Shown here: one piece after another, positions 21,101 through 34,090 of the stretch
Position numbering within the stretch: position 1 is the first letter of the stretch
Layout: each line of letters begins with the position of its first letter
NCBI RefSeq assembly: GCF_003704095.1
Contig: NW_020846063.1
Span: forward strand, 868,001 to 932,000
Reading direction: 5' to 3'
Length of the DNA stretch: 64,000 nt
Source of the DNA: Pocillopora damicornis
Lineage: Eukaryota
Program-made: the position numbers and the translations under genes
Notes under the pieces: generated by a model
The model's input: the letters and a program-made list of their open reading frames with translations, nothing else
The model's database searches: none
What the model was told of the DNA's origin: nothing

Positions 21101-23904
21101 AATAACTTTAAAATCTTTAGGCCAAATAACATCAACCGTTCAAAGTTTTTGTGGTGTATGTCCATGTCCTGTTAATGACTTTGTAAAATAAACCTGGAAT
21201 TATTGTTAGTTCAAAGGATGTTTTAACCTGTTTTTCTTGGACCTGCTCTTCTCTGTCTCTGACTTCTAGTTTAACTTCAGCAAGTTTCTGAACAAAAAAA
21301 ACAGTTATCAAAAAGAGCATCTAAGCCCTACTCCTTACATGAAAAAAGTTTCATTGAATATTTTAAACTACACTTAAAAGCTAAAAGAAGATATACAGTA
21401 CATTGTATCATCATGTTTGACCTGAATTTCCTTAATTAGTAGAACATTTGTTAAATGACTTGTAAATTTGTGTACACTGTAGAATTCATAAAAAGTTTCA
21501 AGTAAATGTTATGGACAAAGGTTACATTATGTAGTTAACACAACTTCCTCGATGATCACATGAAGTTGGAAAAATACTCACCACAGCCAGTTGATCCATC
21601 TCTCTGTCTCTTTTCTGCATCTGTTCAATAGTGTTCTCCCACTGACGCAGCAATTCTTGTCTCTCACTGTGTGCCTTGCGGAACTCTTCTGCTGTCTTGT
21701 CTAATTCAATCTTAACATTTAAGAAATTGCTCAGGTTAACAACAATGAACAGAATTTTGAAACTCCCTAAATGTTATTTTTCTGATATCATGCATTTATA
21801 ACTGGTGGTTGAAACAACATTTTAAGCAAAACAGTTACATGTTGTACACCACTTAACAAAATATACATGTATGATCTCAGATGTGACACAAGATTGATTT
21901 TTGTCTGCCTGGGTAAAAACTTAAAGTGGGATTGTTACATATTCTACATATCTTTAAACTGTTTATGACTACACATGGAAAATCATTTCGGCATGTTACT
22001 GACCTGGGCTGTCATGGTAAGAGTTAATTCATGCTCCAGTTCCCTTTTCTTCTTAGTTGCATCATCTGTCATTCTTTCCATCCTTAATGTTAATTCCTAA
22101 TAATTAGAAAGANNNNNNNNNNNNNNNNNNNNNNNNNNNNNNNNNNNNNNNNNNNNNNNNNNNNNNNNNNNNNNNNNNNNNNNNNNNNNNNNNNNNNNNN
22201 NNNNNNNNNNNNTAAAGTACAAGTGATTACCTTCAGTTATCAAAAGACAATTTTTTACTTTATCATACAGTTTGTAAGAGGAAAACTATAATTACTAAGG
22301 TAGAAAATTTTGAAAAGCTTCAGAGAGTACGTTTGGAGCTGAAGCTTGAAACGTCACCTTTTTAAAATTTGCCATTTTGATGATAGTTGCCAATAATTCA
22401 CATGAGTTTTGTATCAACCTCTCAGTTAATCAACTGAAACTACCCTTCTTCATTAGCAATACCTGATATTTTACCCTTTATACCTTATCATCTGCATGCA
22501 TTTTCCTTATACTATTCTCTATACATTTACTGAGGTGCTGACAAGGAGAATTTGTTTAACAATCAAGAGCTTCTTTGGTTGGTGATCATTTCCTTTATTC
22601 TCCTGACCTTAATGTTTGATTAAACAGCAATACTGAGAGAATAAATTAAATGCCAATCACTCTAAAGGGTTAAAGGGTTAGGTGTTTAAGAGGAAGGTAT
22701 AGACAACATATTGCCCACAGATCAGAAAAGCAGACGAAAGTTATCTTATATGACTACAACTTCCACATACCTATCTGCATCAAGTGATTTTCAGTCCCTA
22801 TCTCTCTTTTCCTTGCATTAAGCAAATCCTGTTTGTGAAATTAAAAAAGTTTATTAAGAACGTCAAGGCACTAAAAAAATAAAATATATTGGGTGGAGAA
22901 TCGAGGGCGCAAAACCTCCAGGATTACACTTACCTGTGTGTGTTGTAGTTCCTGCTGTACATTTCTGAGATGTTCACTCATAGCATAGATTCTGTCAGCA
23001 TGTTCATCGAGCTGCTCTTTGTAAGTTGTGATGTTCTTCTGGGTCTCAGTTACCTAAAGAAAATAAAAACAATGTACATGCATGAATCAAATATAATGTG
23101 GAAATGGTCTGATACTAGATTTCAAAGTAAATTTCCCCTCAGTTTTATAGATTTAGTTTTACACTGTTTCCATTTCAAAAGTTCAAGAGAGGAGGTAGCT
23201 TTACCACAGTTTGATTAATGAGAAAATTTGGCAAGGTGTTCTAGGGATCTAGCTTTGTAATAATTTAAAAAATTAATATGCATTACAAGGATAAAATCAT
23301 AAAAAATCTCACTACTACCAAAATTATGGGCAAAAATTGATACAATCAGTGCATCAAGATTTCTCTTGGTAAGGTATGAGTTCATTTGATTTTAAACATT
23401 TGCAAACTAAGCTCAACGATGTTCATGGCGATCAGGACCCGGTTGTTCAAAGGCTTGTTAGCACTAACCTACCCGTATTGTGAAATTTTGATCCAGGTTT
23501 CTCTATTTCTCTGTTCAAAGGCCTTTTTAAGATAATTTTCCTTACTCTTTTTACAGCAGCCAATCATCAAATTGTAGACAAAAATGATTGATATGGATTT
23601 TCTTTCAAAGCTTTCAGACCTAAAATCAAATTTCACCCTAACCCTGGGTTATCTTAAACCAGCTTTGAACAATCCAGTCTGGGCTATCGAAGAAACTGTC
23701 ACGTAAAACAAGTTAACAAGATCTTGAGGTCTATCTTATACCTGGCTATTAAGATTAACTAAATACGAAAACTTAACTTTCCCTAAAACTATTCATTTCT
23801 TGTATTAAGTATTTTACCTCACTTTCCAGCTGTTTATTCTCCAGATTTGCCACTGGCATCGCAATGCCTTCATCAAAGTTTAGTTCACTCACGATGTCCT
23901 CCAT
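15120..23904 (-). CDS. CCDC39: Coiled-coil domain-containing protein 39 (axonemal ruler); some middle exons probably lost in gap 22113-22212
   Basis: First exon 23818-23904 ([27 protein letters not shown]). Further exons include 22934-23053, 22771-22828, 22004-22096, 21582-21710 ([35 protein letters not shown]), ~17953-18069 ([12 protein letters not shown]), ~17145-17300 ([42 protein letters not shown]) and ~16422-17024. The last exon is ~15120-15245. These peptides are characteristic of CCDC39/FAP59. Confidence 0.93.
22470..22681. mobile_element. piggyBac-type MITE copy
   Basis: TTTACCCTTTA...TTAAAGGGTTAG; shares interior motifs (TTCTCTATACATTT, CTGACAAGGAGAATTTG) with the 60537 and 1279 copies. 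Confidence 0.7.
23433..23682. mobile_element. MITE-like element in CCDC39 intron 1
   Basis: Imperfect TIRs CCGGTTGTTCAAAG / CTTTGAACAATCCAG around a non-coding ~220-bp interior. Confidence 0.55.
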
Positions 23905-24278
23905 TTTGAACGAAAATATGCTATCAAAATATCAACAACCAGCGCTAAAATTACTCTATTTCCTTTTTTACATACACCTACACTTGTTTAGGGAACTTCT
24001 TATACCGCTTTACTTTCCCACAATCTTCCTTTGAACCCAGTGAACTGAAAATCCACTGATTCTGCTCGAGGGAAGTTGTTGTGGAAACGGCACAAACAAT
24101 CTGCGCCAACAATGCCAAGAATCTTTCTCAGCGGCATCCTTTATCTCAAGCTCCCGGATGAAATCACTCATACCCAGTCTTTCCCTGTTATAAATACCCT
24201 TATAGCTTCGCTTTGCTGATAAACACGTGAGTAAAACTAAGCGAAACCCCTCTTATCAAACCCAAAGTTAAGAGGAAA
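23905..24278. promoter_or_regulatory. Short bidirectional promoter between CCDC39 and the NOL7-like gene
   Basis: The two ATGs are 374 bp apart and head-to-head. RFX X-box-like GTTGTTGTGGAAAC at 24075-24088, TATAAATA at 24189-24196, CACGTG E-box at 24224-24229. Confidence 0.6.
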
Positions 24279-25085
24279 ATGAAAAAGAAAAGCAAAGGAA
24301 CAAAAGTTCAAGGAAAGGTAAGACAGATCAAGAAAACAGATACCGACCAGGAGGCTGAATCAATCGCAGCTGTTGACGAAAACTCGGAAGAAGATCAAAC
24401 GAGGAAGGAAAGCACTCAGATAATTGGAGAAAATGCCACCGAAACCGAGTTTAAGGACGATGACGATCGTCTTATTGCTGTAATAGACAAGAACCCAGTG
24501 AAACCTTCAAGCTGCGTGAATGATGATCAAGATGATGATGAAGATGCCCCCGTGGATGTATCTTGGAAAGCTGCCAAGGAGAGTGCGCTTCGCGAACGAA
24601 CATTGGAGAGAGAGATCGTTCTCGATACTAAGCGAAAAGAAAAACAGATGAGAATTGAGAGAGAAGAAAAGCTACGCGAACAAAAGGAAAGGAAGCGAGC
24701 AAGAGAATATTCAAGATTACCAATGGAAATTCTGCAGAAGGTTGCCCGGCAACAAGAGTCAGAGGAAACCCTTAAATCACAAACAATTGAGAGTAGAAGT
24801 CATGTGACCTTTGACAATTCAAGTGAAGATGAGCAGGATGAGAGAGAAGAACAAAAAGAGGAACAAGGAGCAGTACAGGAAGAAACAGCTGGAATCAAAG
24901 TACTTGTCTTGCCAAGGGAGACAAAGAAACCAAAAAAAATCCAGCAATCTGCTAATTTATTTTTACAGGAACGTCTGTACGGTGACAGAGTTCAGCGCAT
25001 TTCAGCTTCCAGAAGCTCAGATCTGATGAAAAAATCTCGCAACACCTTAGTTCCAGCACGGAATTTTTCAAAGAAATCTTGGTAG
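24279..25085 (+). CDS. NOL7: Nucleolar protein 7-like (NUC129 / U3 snoRNP-associated), single coding exon
   Basis: Uninterrupted 268-aa charged ORF. It has DDEDAPVDVSWKAAK followed by a K/R/E-rich helix and LPMEIL, and a C-terminal QQSANLFLQERLYG..RIS..PARNF, all resembling NOL7 motifs recalled from memory. Confidence 0.62.
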   Translation: MKKKSKGTKVQGKVRQIKKTDTDQEAESIAAVDENSEEDQTRKESTQIIGENATETEFKDDDDRLIAVIDKNPVKPSSCVNDDQDDDEDAPVDVSWKAAKESALRERTLEREIVLDTKRKEKQMRIEREEKLREQKERKRAREYSRLPMEILQKVARQQESEETLKSQTIESRSHVTFDNSSEDEQDEREEQKEEQGAVQEETAGIKVLVLPRETKKPKKIQQSANLFLQERLYGDRVQRISASRSSDLMKKSRNTLVPARNFSKKSW

Positions 25086-28000
25086 CACAGTAAATACATC
25101 ACCATGTATGTTATCGTGAAAAATATATATGTGAAAATTCTGAGCATTTTCATTTTCCTTCACCAGGGCTCCTTATCCTCATAATAAAATTTTTTGTGGG
25201 TGTCTGAGTCATATGAACCATTCAGATTGGCTGAAAAAAATAGTTTGTTATAAACTGCAAGGTGGTTAAGGTAGGAAACTTGCTGTGGTGAATTCAGAGA
25301 TGCTTCTGTTTTAAGCGTTAGCAACCCTGGTACATCTTAGTATTTTTTTTGCTGACGAAGCCCAAAAGTTTCTTCATAGTCCAATTTTGCTAAATATTTT
25401 GTATTTGGTGAAAATAGGGGAAATGGAGAGAAGTTGTTAGGTACATTAGACCTCACCCCCGCTTAGTATATAGAACCATTATTGAATGTTTTCTCTGCCA
25501 CTGTATTTCTATAAAGGAATATTTTTGGATAATCTAGCTCTAAGGGAAACGTACAAAGATGATTGTTTGAAATACACAAGTACATGAATGAAATGTGCCA
25601 ATTTTTATTTGTGTAACCACTGCTATAAAAATTTTATCCCTTAAATTCAAGTTTCATAGTATGCACTGAAGAACTCATCGCCATCAGTAATGTGGAATAT
25701 ATATTTGTTACAACATGGCCATCTCTGAAATGATATAACAATTTTTCCCAAAAGTGATATTGTGCAGTATCATGCAGTGCAGTTTGGCATATGAAGGGTC
25801 AAATAGATTTTTCAATGACTGGCTTGCACCACAACAGAAATTGAATGAGGATGATGACAATAACTATACTTCAGAAGAGGGACAGATTTTTTTAGGAGCA
25901 AGCCAACCTCTTCCATGTTTAGAGCACAAGCAGTACCTTCCAGTCCCTTCTGAGCAAAAAAATCAGCAGAAAAAAAATAATGATTTTTACATACCATGTA
26001 GAACTCTTGATGGATTCAAGTCTCATAATTTACTTACGCAACATTTTTGGTAGCCGTTAGCTACCATATTCTGATGTTTGCCAATAACCTTGGTTGCAGA
26101 TATCAATAATAATATTAATAATAATGTTTTTTCTTATGGTCAAATATGCAGCAGTGACATCAGCTGTGCAAGTTACAAATACTGCAGAGCGGAGTAGAGT
26201 ATCTTGAAGAAACTAGAAATTGGATTCTACTTACTAAGACTCCTTGGCTGTAATCAACAGACTTGAACTGGAATTTGAACAATAAATTTTGCAGAAATTT
26301 AGGTAGTCTATGTAGGGATTTTGTGGAAGAATGGCCAAAAAAAATAAAGATCGAAAGAGCGGTCTAATTGATTTGGAAAGTATCGTAATTCCTTTGAGTT
26401 CTTACCAAAGGTCTTGGCGAAGATCAAACTACTAGGCAGAATTCCTCTTCATCGAAAAAAAGAATGAAGAGGATCTAACATCTCATTAAAAATCATGTAA
26501 ACAACGATGAAAACATTGCGATCTGATCCTTAAAATGATTTACTTCTTACATTATTTCAATGAGTACCATGGAACGTTGCAGTAGCCGATCGTAAATCTT
26601 TGACTTCTCTCACTGAAGAATTTTCCATTATCGTTTACTCGAAGAGAAATTTACCTGATCAAGACCACAATCACGCATATGCCAAATTTAATTATTGTTT
26701 GTGCCTAATGCATGCGATATGGATACAAACCGTTGTCAATTGGATATCATAAATACAGGCGAAAATTTTGAGGCCGCCATTAAAGAAAGTGGTTACCTCG
26801 GGTATTTAGGAAAGTAGTTTAACTTTTGCCAGGTGTTATAACTGACCGAAACGTTTTTACCAATCAGGTGTTTTCATTGAGAATTTAGATTTCGCTTTTG
26901 CGGGAGACTAAATTGCTAAATGTATTTTTTTCTTAGAGAAAAAACTTGTGTGTAGTATCGTGGACGAACTGAGCCAGTTTTATTTTTGCCACGTATAACA
27001 CATTATACGTTTTGTGACACATATCTTAAGACTCGGATCTTTTCGCTGAGAATTTCGATTTGACATTCGCGGGAGGTCACGGTAGATAATTATTTTTAAT
27101 TTGAGATGAAACCGATGGATGAGCAGAAAACAGTTTCACTCTTTCCCAATACAACACTTAATTTATTGCGTGCCACCTATCCTATCAATCAGGTGTTTTC
27201 GTTGAATCTTTTCAGTTTGGCATACGTACGTGAGAAGCGTAAAGATCAATATTTATTTGAGAGGAAACCTGTGTGTCGTACAGTGAACGCTCTCCACAAA
27301 TAATAGCTTCACGAAAGAACTTCACCTGGGACGAATGCGGGAAGAGCAGGCAAACATGTCGACACAAGTGACGGACGTTTCAAATGTTAGTGAAGTAGAA
27401 GTTGAGGCAGAAATACAAATGTTGAGCGTTGGAGAACGACGAGAAACGTTACGTAGTTTCGTCCCTGGTATTGCTTCAAGTCGAGCTGCGGGTGCAGACT
27501 TCATCAGGATGAGAAGCAAAGGTAACCTGTTATAGTTTTTTAACAACCGAGGATCTGCTTTGTTTCATTTTTATTGTCACGACTAATTCTACACTTTCAT
27601 GTCATGTAACTTGAAGAGTATAACATCTCAGTAACACCATCCATAAAAAACTGAGATTTAACATTTTGCCATACCGGGACACTGAGCCACCCAAGAGAAT
27701 ATTAGACTGATCTCAAATAGTTTAATTTGATAATACAGGTTACTTTCTTAACCTTCCATTGCAGAAGTGGCAATTTCGGAAAACTCAAATTGAACCACTC
27801 CTTTCTTAATCGAGATATCAACTAGAGGAAATTAAAAAGAATATTTCATGCTGTGCATTATGTCAAGGATTAAAATTTTCAAAAATAATTTCCGATACTA
27901 AAATCGAGGTAGTTGTTAGTAGTATCATTGATGTATACGTCAAACATTGTCATTTTAGAGAGATAAAAACACCACAATGTATTTTGCTTTTAAATGTCGA

Positions 28001-28789
28001 CATCAAATTATATTTAAAGAGGTCAGTTTCATTTCCATGTTTGGCACGATAAGAGATTTCGTTGTCACTCGAAAGGATAAATGTTTAAACTGAATGTGCC
28101 TCCAGTCTTTTAAGATAAATAACAAAGGGAAATACTTCCTTAGAAAAAAATACTACCATGTTGTGCGAGTTGTATTTAACATTAAACATCTATGTGTTGT
28201 AATTCAATATCGTTCTGGGCAATTTTTTAATTCAAAAATCTTTTCTTGGCGTAAAAAGACTATCGTGATCGTAATATTCGTTTCAGGCGATTATAGGGCA
28301 CAAGTTCATGTTGATAAATAATACATTAGAATCATCGAATGGTGCAACTTCCTTCAATAAACAAATTGAACCTGTTGATCAATAATTAATGCAAGCTCTT
28401 AAACTGTTCTCAATGATAACTCAAAGCGAGGAGAAGACATTAAGGTGTCAGTGTGTTTTGCGGCCTGAAAAAAATTAAGGAAGTGTATTTAAATTAAAAG
28501 AAGAAGATAACTTAACATTTATGCGAGAAAGCAGATCAAAAAACACTACAAGTCATGTTTGTTTTGCTCGATTCTTATATGTTTTTTTTTATTAATTAAA
28601 CCCCACCCCTTAGTATACAGGGCGACGTTGGTCAGTTTTAGGAAGTTAGGTTATCAAGAGATGGGCTACAGACCAGTGCGACATACAATTAATATTAATT
28701 TATTCAAAATTGGTATTGACCATGGAAATAGACGTGTATTTTGTTTCGGGTCTTTTTTGTCAGTTGCAGATAATCTTGAATCACCATTT

Positions 28790-30029
28790 ATGTCAATCCA
28801 CAAAACTGTCGTCTTTTTGATTCTGAGTGTGTCTTCATTGGGAAAGACCGCTGGGCAACTTCCTTGTCGTACGACCAGGTCAGTACCAGACCATGCCCTA
28901 AAAGGTCACGTGATTTCATCACCAGAAGGAAAGCGGCTCGAGAGCTGTGTAGCTGTTTGTGACAGCATTGACAATTGTTTCAGTATTAACTATTACATCT
29001 CATCGAAGAAATGTGAGTTGAACAATAAAACGGCAAAGTGGTACGCCAACGATCTGAGAGTAACACCTGGAGCAGTCTACCTAGATATCTTGTCACGTGA
29101 CTATACTCCGTGTGTCGATCGAAATCCGCCATGTTCTGCAGGAAAATGTGTCCCCATCCCTGGATCCTTAGCGACACGGTGTTTATGTGACGGAAATGCT
29201 GCTGCCTGTCATAATCAACGTAAGTCTTCGCCTAAAATGGAAGAAAATTGAGACGCAACCTTACATTAGACCTGATATTTAATGTGGATGGTGTTGTTTA
29301 TGAGTAAAATCCTAGAATTATTTGAAATTTTTGGTGTAAAATTTGGTCTTGAAAGAAAGTACTGGAACTCGTTTTATGTGATTGACATAACTCCTCAGAA
29401 ATCTTCTCTAGAGATGGAAAGGAAATTATATCCCCTCCTTGCAATCTCAATCATCTTTTTTTAATGTTTTCGAGCAGCCTGTATTTCCAAGCCATTAGGA
29501 ATGGAAGATGGTTCAATAGCGGACAATCAACTCACAGCATCATCAACGCACCCCACAGTTCAGCTGGGCTGGGGTCGACTGCACGACACGCGAGGAAGCT
29601 GGTCTGCAAACACAGATTCTGGTACCCAGTGGTTCCAAGTGAGCTTTTTACCAAACGTGAAACGCATAACAGACATCGCAACTCAAGGAAATGGAAAGAG
29701 CTGGTGGTGGGTTAAAACATATTACGTCATGTACGGGAAGGGGGGAGAGCCCCTTAGAAATTATGAGGAAAATAATCAACGCGTGGTGAGTAATGTTTTG
29801 AATTATTAACAACAAGCTATATTCCAGGTCGCCTCGTGTCACCGCATTACCGAACCCGTTATTTTCACGCACTTAATTTCAGGTTTTTCAAGGAAATACT
29901 GACAAGGATGGTGTAGTGAAGAAAAAGATAAACAATCCCTTCGAGGCGGATTCTGTCCGGCTAACATCTCTGGGCTATTCTGGAAAGGTTGCTCTGCGAA
30001 TTGAACTGTATGGTTGTGATGTAATTTAG
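28790..30029 (+). CDS. Secreted PAN/Apple-EGF-F5/8C protein, paralog 2
   Basis: Exons 28790-29219, 29478-29785 and 29883-30029. Signal-like MSIHKTVVFLILSVSSLG; PAN DHALKGH..ESCVAVC..CFSINY..CELN; EGF-like; F5/8C CISKPLGMEDG..LTASS..GRLH..WFQV..IATQG..WWWVKTY..VFQGNTD..VALRIELYGC. Intron positions and phases match paralog 1. Confidence 0.88.
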
Positions 30030-33000
30030 AATTACGTTTAACTCAAACAACTGAGCGAATGCAATGAAGAAAAATGTCTAAATAAATTTTAAGTGGCAAC
30101 GCACGATCCAAAAGACTTGTATATCGACCATGGTGTCAAAGACATATAACAATTCGTTGTTTCAGAGCTAATATATCTAACAGTTCCAGAACTTTAGTGT
30201 TTTTGCGATTCCCAGATGGCTTCCACATCTTTAGAGGAGTGTTTTGTAAGTCTGGTCAGTGCAGTGGTAATCACCTTTTAAGATTGGACATATACTAATA
30301 GACATGTTTATACTAAACTTAAATGCGTAGTATTCGAAGGAACACTTAGGAAAGTTTTAAGCATGTGCAAAGTAAAATTAGTTTAAACTTGAAATTATAT
30401 TCCTTTGGGACACCGCATCTCGTCAAATTGTCTTCAACTTCAACGCACTATTTAAGGTTAGGGGCTTTAAACTTCTAAAGAGGAATTATTTCTTCATATA
30501 TAAGCTATGTCTAATAGCTCTAACTGAAAAAAATTCGTCTTGGACAAAACTTTCCATTTTTCTTTACAACCAGTTGTCTTCATTGCACTCTTCTCACCAA
30601 AAGTCTTCCTTTGCACGAGATTGTTTTCCTAAAACTTAAATTAGATCTTCGTGGCGGCAGTTGTATCATCTTTACGATTTCTATTATCAGTTTGGCAGAT
30701 GCCTTGTTCCTGTTCCATAAAATTTTAATTGTAGTCAATTTAGAAACAGTCAGATCTGTATCTGGGCGAGCCCATTTCAATACACTAGGTCTAACTGTTT
30801 TCTTTGGCCTTAGCCCTTGAAACCGGCAAATTGACGGATGTGCATGAAAATTGTGAGAGCTCGCAAATAAGTTTTAGGTTATCGATATAGTTCATTCTAG
30901 CCTTGCAGCATTTTACAGTGGTTGGATAAATTAAAAAAAAAAAAAGACTGAACATACGCACAAAAAAACATTGACTAACAGTGTTACTGACACGAAAATG
31001 AGAGGGTGGCTAATGATGTATCGCAAGAGATTTTATATCGCGATTTTCTTCACTGAAGCCGGAACTGTGTTACTTCACAAGTGAAGCTGCTTGAGGTAAG
31101 ATGAATGTCATGCGCTCTTAAGTCATGTTATATAGGCGCACGCGGCTAAGTGTAACTGTAATGGAAAAAAGCTGGTTGTAATAATACTTCTTTCAAAGAA
31201 AGTGAAACAGTAACATAAAATGAGCTATTTATTTGGAGAGGAATCTTTCACTCTCCATGGACTGGGTTAGTAAGGACATGAATATTTCACACGTTATCCT
31301 GATAATGCGAAAGCAAGAAAGATTGTAGTGTCCATATGGTGTGAGTATGTCGTTGCAGGGAAGCAGGATCTAAAGTGCGCAGTCGCAGTCATAACGATGT
31401 GTATCTATTTACTACACTTAAATCAATTGACGCACCAGTTACAAAATATTGCGATTTAATTATGCCTTTCAAAGAAAGCGCAGATATCGTTGTTAGAGTG
31501 TTTAGCAAGCCTCATAAATGTCCCGGCCAAATCATCACCTAAGTCATAATTATTATTATTGTTTTTAAATATGATTGTGATCCACATTTAACTGGACCCA
31601 AAGCTTTGTAAGGATGGTGATCGAAACTTCTTTATTAATGCTTTTTGCAGAGTTTCTCCAAACATAAGACTGCATGTTAAATTTTTCACCATTTTCGTAA
31701 TTTAAGGACGAAAATATTTTTGAATCTGACGCTACTTCTTCGGTGTTAAGAGACAGCAAAACAAATTTTCTTCATGATAATGAATCTATAGTCAAGAAAT
31801 AATTAAGCAAATTCACTGTAACCGGTTTGCTCTGAGGGGGTACGAATCGTCAGCCCGTAGGACTCCAGACTTTAAGTGAAATCATTCTACCTTCGAGGCA
31901 AACAATAAAAACAAATATACTCGGGTAAAATTTTAACTATATGAATGAAACGTTCGCTGGAATATAAACAATTTTTTGGAAGTAAGCTGGTAAAGCATTC
32001 ACTTCTATTCAGTCCTCCAAACATTTTCTTGTTTCAGTTCAACATAATAATAATTTTGACCCTCATCTAGAAATGTGTCAAAAAAAACTAATTTCAATCG
32101 TAAACAACTCTTGTTTAATTATTTTGCACCAAAGTCGATCATCACAACTGTAGGCAACAGTTTATTTTCAAACTATTGATAGATCTTGAATTGAAGTTTG
32201 AAATTCTATCCACAAATGACTTAATCTTGCTCACTGGATGCAGATTTTTAATTTTGCCATTTTTTTTTCTTTTTTTGCCGGAAGCAATTTAAATATGGAG
32301 ACCGAGGGATAGCTATGTTTAATTTAAGTTTCATTTTATTAATTTGATCGTTTCGATATTTTTTCCGCGAACTTCTCGTCAATTTGCAAAACAGCATGCA
32401 GAGGTACCGGGAATTTAATTTTTTTAACTTTTCACCGTAAATGTCAGTTTGAATTGTTATTTTCTTATACAATACGAAACTCTCCCGTTACCTCAATCAA
32501 AACCCGTCAATCTTTCATAGTTTGAAGAAGTAACATTTAATAAAACCGCTCCACTTCTGTACACAAACGTATTGACAAGATACGAATTACGAACACTCAC
32601 GCGGATAAATTTCTCTTGTTGTTGATAAGTAACAAGACTTCAACTCGCACAGCATCAAAACCACAAATGTCCTAAACATTATAAAATGAAGTTCACGAAA
32701 GGCTGAATATTGTCAGCTGAATTTTCACATTGCCGAGAAAAAAACATGCACACCAAGTCTTCAAAAACGGTGAGAGAGAACAAATATTGATTATTTTTCT
32801 GTTGCATGACTCTATCACTAACCCAGAACAAAAAGGCGATACATTGTTTGTAGCAAATTCTCGATTTTTTTTTTATTTGAAGTCGCCAGCTGAAACGGAT
32901 AATTGCACGGTTTGGATTGCAATTACTGACATGCAATGTTCACAGCACCAAGGTTGAATTCATCAAAAGTGTTACAATCAGAAAAATTCAAATTAGTTTT

Positions 33001-34090
33001 TCGGAAAAGCTTCTCATGCCTGGAAATATCGTTAATGACATAGGTTCGACATGTGTACTGAATGGCTTTCATCTGTGGAACTCATGGAGCACAATTTATT
33101 CTTTTATGGATGTTATTGTTTGTACCTATGACACATTTCGTCCAAAATCTATTAAAATAATAACGAACGGAATAATTGAAAACAGTCCGGGCTTCAAAAA
33201 ATCGTGTACCACTGGCAAATCTTTGTATGTTGTTCTCATGAGTACCGCAGAGTTGGATACAAAAAACATTTATGAAGACTAAAAATTTTCAACTTAAAAC
33301 AGATTAAGATAGCAGAAACTGGTTCTCGAGGTATGATTTCAGTTTTTTTCATTTCTTTGCGCGCATTATCTACTTTGAAGAGCTTTTTATTCCAAAGGTC
33401 AACCTGTATATCACCAGAATGGAAACTTCTATGCTAACTGATCGAAATTTGTCCAAGGCATACCTGGATTTCCTTCAAAATTCTCTGGAAGCATCAGCAC
33501 ATAAAAAAGACTGCTACAGACTGTTACTATGTTCGATGAAAATCAAAAATTTTTAACTAATTCCTGTCTTCAAATGTCGTCCATAGCTCGCGGCATTAAG
33601 GGTAGCTCTTCAAAGCGGTGTCAATGCAATGCTTGCGTCTCCTTCCCGGGTTTTCTGAACATAAACTTTAAGGATCTTGTGAGTAACTTGCTAACAGCTG
33701 TGCTCAGTCTGCTAGAATATGAGTACCTACGCTTAGCCACTTAACAAATTTTATCCAATGTATCAATAATGCTCCTATTCATGTACGGGAATATTTTGCA
33801 TCTATTCAAAAGCCATTACCTTTGAACAAAAGAATCGTCTAAACACGTTGGTAAAATTTTCCAATCTCCACGACTTTTCCCGATATGTACATATTTGATC
33901 GACCAGTAAATAAAGTGTTAGATTTTTATCTAAAACTCCATTGACCTTCACTAAAAGCAATAAATTTATACATGGTATAAATATACAAAAAATATCGGTG
34001 ATGATGATAATAAACAATGAATGATGTCATTTATCAATTAATGTCTCAAATAATTATATTCCCTTTAACCGATATAATCTATTACAGAAG

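Noticed and set aside
28559-28789. N-terminal 77 aa of the 230-aa ORF in the track
   Set aside because: It starts at a non-ATG codon and runs through AT-rich intron-like sequence ending in a polypyrimidine tract and AG acceptors. The likely start is ATG 28790.
32679-33744. Cluster of 70-120 aa ORFs upstream of paralog 3
   Set aside because: No recognisable motifs; consistent with chance ORFs or intron/UTR sequence.
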